A DNA stretch of 64,000 nt from Asterionella formosa (GCA_002256025.1 NKIB01005371.1:62001-126000); one strand, 5' to 3'. Shown: positions 11,529 through 24,030, counted from the first letter of the stretch. Made by a program: numbers and translations. Notes: a model not told the origin generated them from the sequence alone.

Positions 11529-12098
11529 TCATCGCTCCTCTGCAATTTCACTAACTCCATTTATGTCCCTTCTCTTCCTTGTATATGCCGCAATCGCAAT
11601 TCCATGTGGAAAGGATGATTTTTGTGTAATGGAGGAATGATTGAATACAAAAAATATTGTTGTCAAGTCTGTCAAGGGAACCCAGATCAGAAAACAATTG
11701 GAAAAGAGTTCAGGCAACTCAACAATCAATGGATCAGCTGGGATATGGGCAGCAAGTTCAGGATAGTCCATTGTTTTACTGTAGCGATGAAGCAGCACCC
11801 AACATGAATCTTGATTACTAGGCAAACAAGGATTAGGCAACAAAGGTTGTTCATTGATGGGAATGTCCTGAAATGATGCTACATCGAACAAACGTCCCAC
11901 AGATCCATCTGATTGACAAACAAACTCGCCTGCTGATAGCATAGCCTTTAACGTATTCATATAGACAGGCTTGTTAGCTTTGAACCTACTACTTTTCAAT
12001 TCAACAACAGTCGCAAATGTTACCACCATGGTCATTGGGGAGTCACTAGCTTTGTCGTCTTGATTGATTTTTAGGGGTATCAACTCAATGTTGACCAA
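11529..12098 (-). other. 189-aa ORF of unknown function inside a repeat island, probably TE-associated
   Basis: Open frame with protein-like composition but no recognised motif. It is flanked by transposase relics. Confidence 0.3.
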
Positions 12099-12568
12099 TG
12101 ATTACTATGTAATTGTCCTAGAAAGTACTATAGGGTTTTATTGACCAGCCTGGTCCAAAAACTCGGGGAAACTAGCAAAACAAGTTTTAGCTTTAATAAC
12201 AACCCCGGAAAACGGGAAAAATTTGACTACGGGCATTGTTGCATGTGTTTGTTGTCTATTTTCATTTCCGTGTGGTGATGTGCATGATGCAATGTTGGGG
12301 ATGAATATTGAAAAGGTGCACATGCGCAACAATATTATTTCAAAATGACAGAGTGACGTCATGTCGTCGCTGCACCACATTGCACCGATATTATGCATGC
12401 AATGATATACTGCACCGCCGTCTTGGTTTGATGATATCATCATGCACCTGATGGAGGTCCACGGGAACGAATTATGAGGAGTCCTACCGGTATTCCCATG
12501 GAGTAGCATAAAATAATTTGGACACGCCATCAGGCAATCAGATCGTCAGTTACCATCCAGCACAATCA

Positions 12569-14923
12569 ATGAAGTTTGTTGCACTCCTCTCCGGCGGCAA
12601 GGATTCCCTGTACTCGACTTTAGAATGCGTCCGGAATGGCCACGAACTGATAGCTGTCGTCCATTTGGGAGCGCCAGCTGCCGAAACCGAAGAATCCTAC
12701 ATGTATCAAACAGCCGCCTCCGAAGTCATACCGATCCTTGTGGAAGAGTGTTTAGGAGTGCCGTTGATTCTTCACGAGCGTGTCGGTATAAGTGTAAACA
12801 CGTCGTTAGTTTACGAGAACACATCGGAAGGAGACGAAGTCGAAGACCTCGTCTTGGCCCTGAAAAAGGCGCAAGAACAGTTTCCAGAGATCCAAGGGGT
12901 CTCGTCAGGCGCCATTTTGTCGACCTATCAACGAGTACGGATTGAGCACGTCTGCGCTCGGTTAGGACTGACCTCTTTCTCTTATCTCTGGAGAATGCTA
13001 CCTCAGCATGACTTGTTGCGGCGAATGATTGACGACGGAATCGACGCTGTCGTAGTGAAGACTGCATGCCCGCCTGGGCTGGTACCTCAGAAACATTTAA
13101 ATAAGACGATTGGTCAGCTATACCACTCTGGCGTATTCCAAAGACTCCACGAGAAGTATCAGTTTCACATGTGTGGCGAGGGAGGCGAATACGAATCACT
13201 TGTTTTGGACTGCCCACTATACAAGAGGAAACTTGTATTGGACGAGGTACATATGGTGGAAACAAAGGATGGCGTCGGGTCGTTGATCATCAAGCGATGT
13301 CACACGGAGGATAAAACAGAATTTTCAAAGATTAAAGAATCGAAGGAAGAGATAATTACTACTACACCCGAGCTTTACTCATTGTCAACAGTTGCAATCA
13401 CTGTTCCAAAATATCGGTGTTTGCCGTACACCAAAAGGCTCCCAGGAGGTTTGATACAGACATCAGAAATCATGAGTTCCATTCCTGCAGGTGAAGGTTT
13501 GACAGAAGAAGATATTGCGGTTCACGAGACACTCGATATTTTTAAGCAACTTGATCAAGTTCTGAAGCGAATAGAAGCTACGGCTGAAGATGTCATGTTT
13601 GTTCATCTCTACTTATCAGAAATATCTCACTTTGGTAGCATCAACAAGCACTATCGTGACTTCTTTGGCACCTTACTCCCCCCTTCTCGTACCTGTGTCG
13701 CGGTGGGAAAGCATGTATTACCAGGGGGTTGTCGAGTTCTCTTGGATTGCCTGATACAATGTGGCAGTGGCGCCTACATTCGTTCATCAACAGATGCCGG
13801 CGGGTATGCGAATTCTGCTGCTTGCAGCAAATCAACAAAGCTTCGGGAAGTTTTGCATGTTCAATCTATATCTTATTGGTCCCCTGTTTGCGTTGGACCC
13901 TACAGTCAAGTCAATACTTTCCGATCAGGGATTCACTTCCTTGCTGGTCAGATCGGCCTCGAGCCATCGTCAATGACAATTCACGACACGTGGACATCAC
14001 AGTTTCGACAATGTTGGACAAACATCGCTCGAGTTTTGGACGCTTTGGACGGAAGCTCGCTCGAGCAACTGCTCTTTTGTTTGATTTACGTCTCTATCAA
14101 CATCTCAGATTGGAATTTGGTGGATTTGATTGCACGCGAACAAATTGCAGCTAATGGAGGAGTTGCGCCCGGTGTCATTGATTCAATGGATTCAATTGAA
14201 TCGTTATACGATGGATACGAAGACGAGGAGACTTGGCGAGAATTTTCTTGCAAGAATCGAAACCGAGCGACGCAACTCCCTCTCCTTTTGGTATCAATCC
14301 CTGAAATGCCACTTGGTGCCGCGATCGAAATCGAATCTATTTGTTGCACAAAGAAAGCCTCATCATGTTTAGAGCGAACAGTCGAATGCAACTCACAAGG
14401 CTCTAGTACAATGGTGTGTGAACTATCTAGTGAATGGGATTGTGGCTATGACTTCTCAAACTCGAGTGGAATAGGCGAGAACATCCTTGTTGAGTCGATT
14501 TCCTCGGCCATCGGTCACGGTTGTGCTGTTATGTGCACGATCACTGCTAGTATCGACGATAGCAATGGTGAGGCAGTCCCATTTGTGAACGTCGCGAAAA
14601 TTTTCGATAGAATGCTAAATAAAGGTTTCGAATCCATAGACTCAAGTGGCCTAAACTCCAACAATATTGCTCACATTCGAGTCTATCACGTGGCGAGCAC
14701 CTGTAGTGACGCAATATTGTTACGCTCAGCGTTGTCTTCTGCTCTGTTTTCCACAGGGACGACCACCCCAGCAAGCTCAGTAATACCAGTTCAACGAATC
14801 AAGCTGATTTTAGATACCAAGAAGGAAGTACTTGGCATGAGTCCTATCTTGGCTTTACAACTCTTTGCGATTGATCCTGTTCAGATGGATACTGAGCTCT
14901 GGATCCATCACGGAAGACAATAA
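12569..14923 (+). CDS. DPH6: Diphthine--ammonia ligase with C-terminal RidA/YjgF-like domains
   Basis: MKFVALLSGGKDS PP-loop, SYMYQT, GAILSTYQRVRIEHVCARLGL, CGEGGEYESLVLDCP and LHVQSISYWSPVCVGPYSQ. ATG at 12569. Confidence 0.93.
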   Translation: MKFVALLSGGKDSLYSTLECVRNGHELIAVVHLGAPAAETEESYMYQTAASEVIPILVEECLGVPLILHERVGISVNTSLVYENTSEGDEVEDLVLALKKAQEQFPEIQGVSSGAILSTYQRVRIEHVCARLGLTSFSYLWRMLPQHDLLRRMIDDGIDAVVVKTACPPGLVPQKHLNKTIGQLYHSGVFQRLHEKYQFHMCGEGGEYESLVLDCPLYKRKLVLDEVHMVETKDGVGSLIIKRCHTEDKTEFSKIKESKEEIITTTPELYSLSTVAITVPKYRCLPYTKRLPGGLIQTSEIMSSIPAGEGLTEEDIAVHETLDIFKQLDQVLKRIEATAEDVMFVHLYLSEISHFGSINKHYRDFFGTLLPPSRTCVAVGKHVLPGGCRVLLDCLIQCGSGAYIRSSTDAGGYANSAACSKSTKLREVLHVQSISYWSPVCVGPYSQVNTFRSGIHFLAGQIGLEPSSMTIHDTWTSQFRQCWTNIARVLDALDGSSLEQLLFCLIYVSINISDWNLVDLIAREQIAANGGVAPGVIDSMDSIESLYDGYEDEETWREFSCKNRNRATQLPLLLVSIPEMPLGAAIEIESICCTKKASSCLERTVECNSQGSSTMVCELSSEWDCGYDFSNSSGIGENILVESISSAIGHGCAVMCTITASIDDSNGEAVPFVNVAKIFDRMLNKGFESIDSSGLNSNNIAHIRVYHVASTCSDAILLRSALSSALFSTGTTTPASSVIPVQRIKLILDTKKEVLGMSPILALQLFAIDPVQMDTELWIHHGRQ

Positions 14924-15407
14924 ATTTTTCCTTCTAAGTATTGGCATTAAAAATACCGTGTTGTGAAAATATGAATAGTTTTCAGTCGATCCATTTTTGG
15001 TACTTACATTCAGTCATGTATTTGGACTCTTGCAAGAATTGTGCATCCCCTGCAGGAAGTCAATGGTACCATTGATGACAGTGAGCTTGATGTATATTGA
15101 CCTCGAGCGTGGGCCCCACAGAGGTGCACCTGTTATTTAACGAAGTCCACTGGGCTATTGAAATAAATAAATATTTATTTTGGACTTCTATTGACGCGAA
15201 GCGAGGGAATGAGTGCCCCGGAAAGGTACAAACGGCTCCCGAAATAGGTGCCTCAATCCGAGTCGCCACGGCATTAAACGTGAGTTCGGAGTACCACGGA
15301 GAGTGGTTGCCACGATGAACATATATATTCTTGCAATGTTGCTCTCATATTTAAGAATCAGTCTTCAAATTAATAATTGAGTTGCTTTTTCTGAGACGTT
15401 TTTGGCA

Positions 15408-18400
15408 ATGAGATTGTACAACGCTGCCTCGTGCACTCCTGTTGGTTTCGCTGGAACAAGTCGGACTTCACTAAATTCTACCCTTCCATCCAAGCATCCC
15501 TTCATCCCAAGAAGTAATGACGTTAGATTGCCCCCAACATCATCTCGTTCCAAACCAAAGGTACCAATTGAAAGCAATACCAGCGCATACACTACCACCT
15601 ACCCAACCGATGCAGAATGTCTACCAGCCTTAAAGCGTTCTTCAACCAATTCGACGAGTATGTCTAGTGATAATATGATTGGTGAAGCTAAAATGTTCAG
15701 CTCGGCGAAAGACCATGTCACAAAAGACGACAAAGCAGCCTTTGCCACTGTACCTTGGCTCCGAGATTTCGAGTCCATTATGCAGAAAAGTCTTGCTGTC
15801 GTAACCGATACACCTTTCGATCTCAAGGAGCCAGATCAAAGCGATGCGAGTACTCTCACTGCGTTATCAACTTTCAGCAGTATTTGCTCGATAGAAGAAG
15901 CTCCCATCCTGGGAAGCGAATGCAACAAAACAGGAACTACAGAATATAAAACAACTTGTCCCGCCTCTAGTGATGCGTTCCTTGAAAAGGAGCGCAATTG
16001 GCCCAAAAAGCTCGGAAATGACCATGGTTTGACTTTAGTGAAGCCCTATCACCTTAGTCGTTTGCCAGAACGAGAAATCAAGAACCAAAAGTCTCGCCTT
16101 GATCAGTCAAAAATGTCTTTTTGTACTTCTGTGGAGTTGACGCCAACTTTTCCCAGCACCCCGGTTGAGCCTGTTGACGAGGACTTGGGAGGCGCAAGAT
16201 CAAGACTGCGAAAGGTCGCGCGGAAAGCTTTTTCTAAGGTGAGGGTTGACAAAAAGACCCTCTCGATGCCCTCACAGCAACATGCGAAAACCAATGTCAA
16301 GAGAGCGAACGGGGTCTCCAAATTGCTAATAGCGCGTAATGTGGGTGTGAAGACGCATCAAGTCTCTGCTCCTTCACCTCCATCGATGAATGATATGATC
16401 GTGACAAAAGCAACTGGGTTGTATTTTCTTCCACTCGCTGAGGCCATACAAGAGTCCTCTGATTTGCCGAATGGATCATGTCAATTGTCGGTTCCTGATC
16501 TTCTCCCCAAAAATGTTACTGGTGATGTTGAGGAGGCGAAGAATTGTAGGTTAGAGGTCAAAGTCCAGTCCCTTCAACGACAACTGCAGCCTTCAAATAG
16601 AAGGTTTACGAGCAACGAAGAAAATCATATGTCACACTTACAAACAGATACGTTACAGACTACTTCAGAAAGACCTCAACTTTCCCCTTGTGCTCCTCCT
16701 ACCAAACCTGAGGAAGCCGCCATGCTCGCCAAATATACTAACATGATGAAGATGGGTCTCCCGATTGGGGCTATCAAGAATGCAATGATGAGAGATGGCA
16801 TAGATCCTTCATTAATAAACAGAGAGACTGGCGCTAGAATACTGGAACAACATAAAACAGAAGCAGCACCGAAGGACAAATACCGTCGCACGAGACTTCA
16901 CTGGGAGTCTCACGATGGTTTCAGTTCGAATACTATTTGGGCCATATTGAAGCGTGATTCCGATATTACTGCAATTCATATCGACAACGAGGAGTTTGGA
17001 AGCCTCTTTCAAGCAGAACTTCGAACCGCCATCATTTCCCCTGCCCACAAATCGACTGACCACGGATCTGTAAAAGTGATTGATCCAAAGCGTGCAAATA
17101 ATGGAGGAATCATTCTTGCAAGAGTGAAGCTCTCGTACATTGAAATCGCACAAGCGATTGATGCACTGTAAGTGAATTCGCGTACCTCTAACAATGTGTA
17201 TTGGTTTTTTCAAAAGATGCGATGTCGAAGCAATGATTAACATTCTTATTCCTAATGTATATACAGCGATCAAGACGCCATGACCACTGAACAGATTCGA
17301 GGTCTTCTTCGCTGCATTCCTACTGCCGAAGAACGAAGAGCACTTATCTCATATATGAGCACGGTTGGTTTCTCCCTTTCTTCGCTTTGCGAATGTGAAA
17401 AGTTTATGATTGCGATAATGAATGTTCGGCACGCAACCCGCAAGCTTCACGCATTACTTTTTATGCAGGGCTTGCCTTCCAGTTTGCAGGAAATTCGAAA
17501 AGGTATGTTCGAATTCTAGTATACTCAGTTCTGAGATTATTTGAGAACTAAACCTGTTTAATTCTTCATCAGATGCCCAAATGGTCCGGAAAGCTTGTCA
17601 TGAGATTATGTGCTCTTCACGGTTCCGAAAGACGCTAGGCATTATCCTCGATCTTGGCAACAGATTAAACACGGCCGGTTCCAGCGCAAAGGAGATGGCT
17701 GGAGCGATCACTATCAACTCACTATTGAAGCTCAATCAAGCCAAAGCGTTTGATCAAAAGACAACTTTCCTCCATTTCGTTGTCAAGATCATTCGCAGTA
17801 ATAAGGCCACTCTTCTTCACTTTCGCGACGAACTGCCAACAGTATTCAAGGCAGAAAAAACACAATGGGATCAATCCGTTTTAGAAATGGAACGACTTGA
17901 AAAGGAACTTGACGAAGTTAGGAAAATTGCACTCCACCAAATCGGAAATTGTCAGTCAACTGGGGACGATGACGCCCAGACGTTGGTGATCTCCTCTTTG
18001 CCACTCTCGAAGGAAGTCGAGGTTCTTCAGAGCTCCTCAATTGGACGTTTCACACTTGATGCGTGTGTCGAAATGGCGGTTTTGGTGAACGAAGTTGAAA
18101 AAAGTAAGGAGCAGTTTACAACGCTCCTCAGCTATTTCGGCGAGGCGGAAAGTAAAATGAGACCTGACGAGGTCTTCAAGACAATTTCCACTTTCAGCAA
18201 GAATTTCGATTTTGCTCTTGACGAAGTTATTGAGATTGAAAAAGTGAAGGTACGCAACTTCGTCGACACATTGACTACATTATCCTTTCAGCAAATTGCT
18301 CACTCTGGTTTTATCGCCCCTATAGATGAAGGAGCTGCGACTCATCCCAAGCCGCACTGCTGACATAAATGCCACATTTTCGTCGGATGAAGGAGCGAAG

Positions 18401-18514
18401 GGCACCGATGCCCCAGCAAAAACAGAAAGTCAACGCATCAATGCGCCCTTCCCGTGCAAAGACAAGTCGAAAAGCACTTTTGAAAGGAAACGGCACAAGG
18501 GACGTGATTTTTGA
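15408..18514 (+). CDS. Formin (FH2 domain). Introns 17168-17266, 17503-17572 and 18250-18325.
   Basis: FH2 motifs RTRLHW, VKVIDPKRANNGGIILARVK, ILDLGNRLN and LLKLNQAKAFDQKTTFLHF. Three GT-AG introns restore one continuous frame. Confidence 0.88.
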
Positions 18515-18633
18515 AAACTAAACGGGCACAGCTGTTGTTTCATTACCTTTAACTTTGCTGCATTGAATGAGAGAAACCGGCTACATGCCTATAACATAAG
18601 ATAAACAATTCAACGCACTTAAGCTTAATTTTT

Positions 18634-20739
18634 TTAACTTTCGACGTAAAAGAGGTCCAAAGGGTCAACGAAATCTTGAATCATCCACTTCCCGAAAGAG
18701 GAAGGAAAGTATTCCGTAACCTTATCGTGAAGGGAATTCATATCTTCAACAACAACTCGAATTCTTCGGGTTTCATCGCGATGCATATCAATGTCGCCAC
18801 TGCGCTGAACTGTGATCTCAATTAAACCCTCAGACGGCGACCAGATCTTTGTGACCCAACTCGCCAAGACTGTAATCTTTGCTTTCGTGTCCTGAATGGC
18901 GACGGAGCTTGCCACAGCGCCACGAACAGTTTGAACGAGGGTGTGCACGTCTTGGAAGTAAGAGCCTCCATTGTTCTTAACGGGAAATTCAAGTCTCACC
19001 ACAATATCACTGTTAGCAGTGGTAATTTGAGCCTTTGTGATAACAATGTCCACAACTTCGTCGTGTTCAAAAAGCTGGCGATGAATCGACACACCTGGTT
19101 TCTCAAAAGTATCAACCGGAGGATCCTGTTCGAAACAAAGTTCCAATTGTCCTGGAGTTACGATTTCGTAGTAGTTTCCCCCCTGATAGGTATGCCAAGT
19201 CTCGTGGAAAGGCTTTGCGACCAGGTGTGCCAATTCATCAATGCACATCTTTCTCGGAATAGCATTCAACTGGACAAGTTGCTCTGCATGATTCCATCCA
19301 AGGCCATATTTTTTGGCGTACGCCCAACGGCACATGCGACAGGCAGGTGTAGTGCGGGTGAAGTTGTATCGTTTCTCAAAAACTTCTTTTGCTTCTGGGC
19401 TAGTCCTCCAAGTGTGGTACGATTCCCATTGCTTTCTATCTGCAACAACATCAAGGATAAAGTTCGCAAGCGCATCCCGACTCTGGAAATCACCAGCTGA
19501 GATAAATGAGTGTTCCGGGAAATGTTCCTTCACATTTGAGGCCCCCACAACAATTGGGAGAGTTCCAGATTCAAACGCTTCGTAAACCTGATCGGTAATG
19601 AAATCTTTGGCCGTACTCTCTTCGAAAGCCAAATTGAAAAGATGACTACTAAGGATTTCCAAGCGGTCGGCCTTGGTTCCCAACGATTTCCCAGCTGGGA
19701 CATTGGTGTTGTGGTTGCATTTTCCGTAACTTGCGACGACGTTGATTTTGCGTACTGCTTCCTCCCAACGCTGACGATGAGACGACTGCGAGACACAATG
19801 ATCGTCAATCAAATAAGATCCAGATGACAGTGCCTCATCCCACGCCACAGGCGGAGCAAAGACGTTGAATTTTTCGAAGGAAAAATGAGAAAGAGGAATA
19901 CTGGACTCCATGGACATTGAAGAATGGTATTTATCCTCACGAAAGGCGTTACGGTCGAAAGTCGCATCCTTGGCCTTTTTACTGTCATCGATACTTTGAA
20001 TAATGGTCCAGTCAGTACCTTCAATATAAAGTTCGGGGCTATCTATGTCCTCGTGGTGCTGGCAAGGGACGTTGCAATCGACGTTGATCAATGGGCCTTT
20101 GCCGAGATCTTTCCCCAAGATGACAGTTGGAGGCAACCCTTCTCCATTGATGGTAACCTTATCCGAGGGTAATAGCTTGACCATTTCCCGACAAATCGAT
20201 GGCATTATTTCGGCTTTTCGAGGATCAATCTTCTTCCCACACCACATGCGAGGAAAGAGCATGGAATTGTAGGCAATAATGGTAGTATCTTCTTTGAAGC
20301 ACACTGCATTAATGAGCACTTGATTGTCATCCGACAGGTACTTGCATGATTGAATCCTTCGCTCTCCTAAATTCAGAAGAGAGGTGACCTTCCCATGGGA
20401 ATGTTCCCAGTCGGGCACATTGTGGTTCCGAAAGGCTGGGTTCTCGCGTTCATACATGTAATCAGCGAAAAAGCCAGTCTGGGTGGCGCGACTCCCGCCG
20501 TTTTTTCCAATCACTACCCCATCAACCTTTCGAGAAGAAACTTGGGACTGACGAGATGACACTCTAGAAGGTAAATTGGCAACGGACTCTTTATTTGTGT
20601 CCTCAAGGCGAAATGCTCCGTTGTTTGAATGGACGACGAAAAGGAAGCAGATTTGAGAGATTAGAAACAAAGAAAGCACGATGGGCATTCCTTCCTTCAG
20701 GCCATTTGCCTTGCGCGGGAATCGCTTAACCGCAACCAT
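18634..20739 (-). CDS. Glycosyltransferase family 10 (alpha-1,3-fucosyltransferase-like), paralogue A
   Basis: N-terminal TM helix and LFNLAFEES..DFITDQVYEAFESGTLPIVVGA (degenerate alpha3 motif). Shares CRMCRWAYAKK with 40914-42971. Confidence 0.85.
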   Translation of the reverse strand: MVAVKRFPRKANGLKEGMPIVLSLFLISQICFLFVVHSNNGAFRLEDTNKESVANLPSRVSSRQSQVSSRKVDGVVIGKNGGSRATQTGFFADYMYERENPAFRNHNVPDWEHSHGKVTSLLNLGERRIQSCKYLSDDNQVLINAVCFKEDTTIIAYNSMLFPRMWCGKKIDPRKAEIMPSICREMVKLLPSDKVTINGEGLPPTVILGKDLGKGPLINVDCNVPCQHHEDIDSPELYIEGTDWTIIQSIDDSKKAKDATFDRNAFREDKYHSSMSMESSIPLSHFSFEKFNVFAPPVAWDEALSSGSYLIDDHCVSQSSHRQRWEEAVRKINVVASYGKCNHNTNVPAGKSLGTKADRLEILSSHLFNLAFEESTAKDFITDQVYEAFESGTLPIVVGASNVKEHFPEHSFISAGDFQSRDALANFILDVVADRKQWESYHTWRTSPEAKEVFEKRYNFTRTTPACRMCRWAYAKKYGLGWNHAEQLVQLNAIPRKMCIDELAHLVAKPFHETWHTYQGGNYYEIVTPGQLELCFEQDPPVDTFEKPGVSIHRQLFEHDEVVDIVITKAQITTANSDIVVRLEFPVKNNGGSYFQDVHTLVQTVRGAVASSVAIQDTKAKITVLASWVTKIWSPSEGLIEITVQRSGDIDMHRDETRRIRVVVEDMNSLHDKVTEYFPSSFGKWMIQDFVDPLDLFYVES

Positions 20740-20929
20740 GGTGATGGGTAAGAATTAACAAATCTAAAGGGAGATACAATGCCGCAAATGAAGGGCTCAA
20801 GATGCGGGGTATAATAGAACTGCACTGCTCGATTTCTTCCAGATCCCCTGTGACCGGTGACCGGTCCACCGAGAGCAAGACCTACATACCATAGTGAGAA
20901 TTAATTTAATAACGAAAATACCTGTAGTC

Positions 20930-21325
20930 TACAACCAGGAACCTGGTACGTAGAATTTATCGTAACACACGTACCTGGCATCTATTTTTAGACAAGGACG
21001 ACTCTGCATTTGTAGAATCCTACGATAGATTTGCCATTAGTCATGGCTGTATGATATTAGGAGGATTTATAATGCTGCAACGAAAGCTGCCGATGATGCT
21101 GGACATATTTAAGATACACTTTACGACGGTTAAGAAATATCATAAATCACCCCTGCGAGGTCTAAGACCTCACCTACCGGTACCAAGTTCCAGTCTATAG
21201 TACGTAGACTACCGTTAAGAGGTAACTGGTTACCCGGTACGAGGTACCTGGTATTGTACTCCCACCAGGGTACCTAGTATCTAGTACCGGTACTCGGAGT
21301 TCCTGTACCAGGTACAAGGGTACAT
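20930..21325. promoter_or_regulatory. Cluster of TA-CC(N)GG-TA / GTAC palindromes upstream of GT10 paralogue A
   Basis: TACCGGTACC, TACCCGGTAC, GGTACCTGGTA, AGTACCGGTAC and GTACCAGGTAC occur within about 400 bp. The regulatory role is inferred from position only. Confidence 0.55.
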
Positions 21326-21824
21326 GGTTGGCTGTGCTCAATCACTGTCACCTAAGCTACTTAGTACGGTACAAGGTTGTACAGGGAAACAAACGTGAAA
21401 TAGCAGACCTCACTACATGCATGTTGGCTCAGCAGGAAACCTCGCAAGACATTCTGTGCAACAGCATAAGAAATGTACTGCTCCTACAACATTTCACATA
21501 CTGGTGGCGTAGGTAGCTAGAGTACCAGGCTCGCCAAGCTTTCGGGGAAGACCAGAAACATGCTAGTTATAAATGGCTTCAGCCATGTTGTGATTTCATT
21601 TTCCGACTTATTCTAGATTTATGCTAAAATCAATCCCCTCTTTCGCCCTTTGGCATGATATTACCGGGTAGTTATTTCATAAAGCTACATGAAATCTAGA
21701 TCATTCCTATACTTGAACATAAATTAACTGAGATCTGTCCATTTTGAAAGTGACAAAATCGGTCTAAGTGGCTCAAAGCCATGATTAAAATTTTAGCAAA
21801 TATGAAGCTATTTGTAGAAAATAT

Positions 21825-23060
21825 TTGAAGGGAAAGGGCTATATGAACAAGCGCTCAATCTTGAATAACCTGTTCAAGCTCCACAAGTTCAGGCAAAGCA
21901 TTGAATTTTCAAAGAATGTGGAAAAGTACATGAATGTAGCTGTGCCCTTAGTAGTGTCAAAGAAGGCTTCACAGGAAAGCCTTGTTGGTTCTTTGGAAAT
22001 GGGCTCGCTAGAAATTTCTTTTTTGGTCTATGAAAAAATCGATGATATCATGGCTAATTGAGGAGAGGTCACATCATGAGGGCATTGTTGGTTGTATTTT
22101 CATGTCATTGACTTTGTGGAATTTGATCTGTAGGGATGTATATACCTGTGTGGCTGTGCTTAAAGCATCGTATGTGGAGGGCTGATGCATTTGAAATTTC
22201 ATTATCACATGTTAAGAATGACCCTGTAAGTTCAAGGAACTGGCATCCCCGCCATTTTTACACAAACCCTGACAATTATCCTGTGTTCTTTGTGATTGCT
22301 GTTATAGAGGAGGATCTGTTGTTCTTCCCACAACTCTTGAAGAATGGGAATGGTATGTTCTTCCCAGTTCCCAAGCAGGGGGAGCGATTTGGGGCGATTC
22401 TACAATGTAAGCTAGAAAAGCACAAAGATAAACTACTTGAACTTGGCTATGAGCCTAATGACATAGGTGTACATTCCATTCGGAAAGGGGCAGGTCCTGC
22501 ATATGCAGCTAATAGTGGTACTAAAGGAGCTCCTTCAAGTGCATAAGTCAGCCAATAGCCGGGGTGGGTGGACTTTGGGAAGTGTGTGTGTGCTGTGTAT
22601 ATGCTTTAAGAGCATGCTGGATAGTGACCAGTATGGAAGTCGAATTTTGAGTATTGCTATGAATGTGCTATCAGCTAAGTTTGGCGTTTCTGCAAAGGAT
22701 TTATTTTATCATTGTACTGTTGGTGTTCCCGAGGCAGTGGCTATTGTGAAAAAAATGTGGAATTGAATCAAAAGGTTGCTTTATACTACATATTGAAAGC
22801 ATGTTTTGGAGAACTACAGGATTTAGCTAGTGTGCATCAGAAAAATACTACAGCTTGGAATAGCATCTATCCTTCACCTTTTTGGTGAAGCAAATACATT
22901 ACAAACCAATTCGTAACTTGGCTACTTGCAATGACACCGAGTTCCAAGAAGCAAGAATTTATTTATTTGCGGGATTCTGTCAGAGTAGTGTACCATCCTT
23001 GTCAGAATGACAAAAACTGGGGTTCCGCCTCATGTTGGTGTCCAGCTTGCTGCAATTAAG
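21825..23060 (+). mobile_element. Second, different Crypton-like tyrosine recombinase relic
   Basis: HPRHFYTNP, QGERFGAIL, ELGYEPNDIGVHSIRKGA (HxxR), SGTKGAPS, RGGWTLGSV, DQYGSRIL and a later TGVPPHV. Several frameshifts and stops. Confidence 0.75.
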
Positions 23061-23759
23061 CATATCAATGCAATTGTTTCAGAAACACAGTCAGGAGTGC
23101 GTGCTGGTCGTCTCAGGCATTTTAATACTAAGGTTTGACCTACTATGTTCACCAACCAGGTTCACCTAGATAATCTTAAACTCGGACTGATTGAAGAATA
23201 AAACAATCAGATATTATGTCCAAGTGATCAGAGGATCATATTGAGCTAATACCTGGTGCATGAAGTCATCGGTAAAGGAACATCTCATATATTCTTAGTA
23301 GGATCTATCTTGGCTAGATGGAAATATTTTTGCTACACCTGAATCATAGATCCAAGGAATAAAATACAAATTCATTTCAAAAATGTGTCATATTTTACAT
23401 TTTTCAATGTAAACTCAATCTTAATTTAAACTTAGATTAAGCTCACTCTTTAAAAAGGGAAAGTTAGAAATTCAACAAACTTATTCACTGTACAAACAAG
23501 CCTAGTAATGGCTGATTAGATTTAAACTTCTGTTTGAGGCAGACTCCAGCAATATATAACAGTGGAATGCATTAAGAACGTTTCTGCCTATGCATAAAGT
23601 ACTGGTATCACCAGAAGGTAGCAAGTTACCATGTATAATCTGTACTAGCCAGTTTTATCTTTTCTAGCTAGGTGGTAGTTACTATTGGTTATCTTTAGTA
23701 CTAGATAGATAGATCATATTGGGAAAATGGGCAGTATGAAGTCAAGTTGCTTTGAACCT

Positions 23760-24030
23760 TAAAGCATTCACACTGTATCAACCAAAAATCCATACTGGTG
23801 CCAATCGAAGTTGACATCATCTTGTGTCACTTCAGAACCAACATCTCCCCTGCAAACAAGAAAACAAGAAATGTTCTATCTGAGACAAATCTGCTTTGAT
23901 TATTACCATTGCTTCACATTTTCGACACACTTGCAGTAGTCTTTTATGAACTTTGATTGGCTGATGATACTGGCATTATAGAAGATATCCTACTTTCCTT
24001 GGAATTCTTCGCAGGAGCGAATTATCCCTT
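23760..24030 (-). pseudogene. Decayed intron-containing gene fragment of unknown family
   Basis: An apparent GTAATA...TTGCAG intron (23850-23906) joins CKCVENVKQW to GDVGSEVTQDDVNFDWHQYGF. Stops lie on both sides. Confidence 0.3.
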
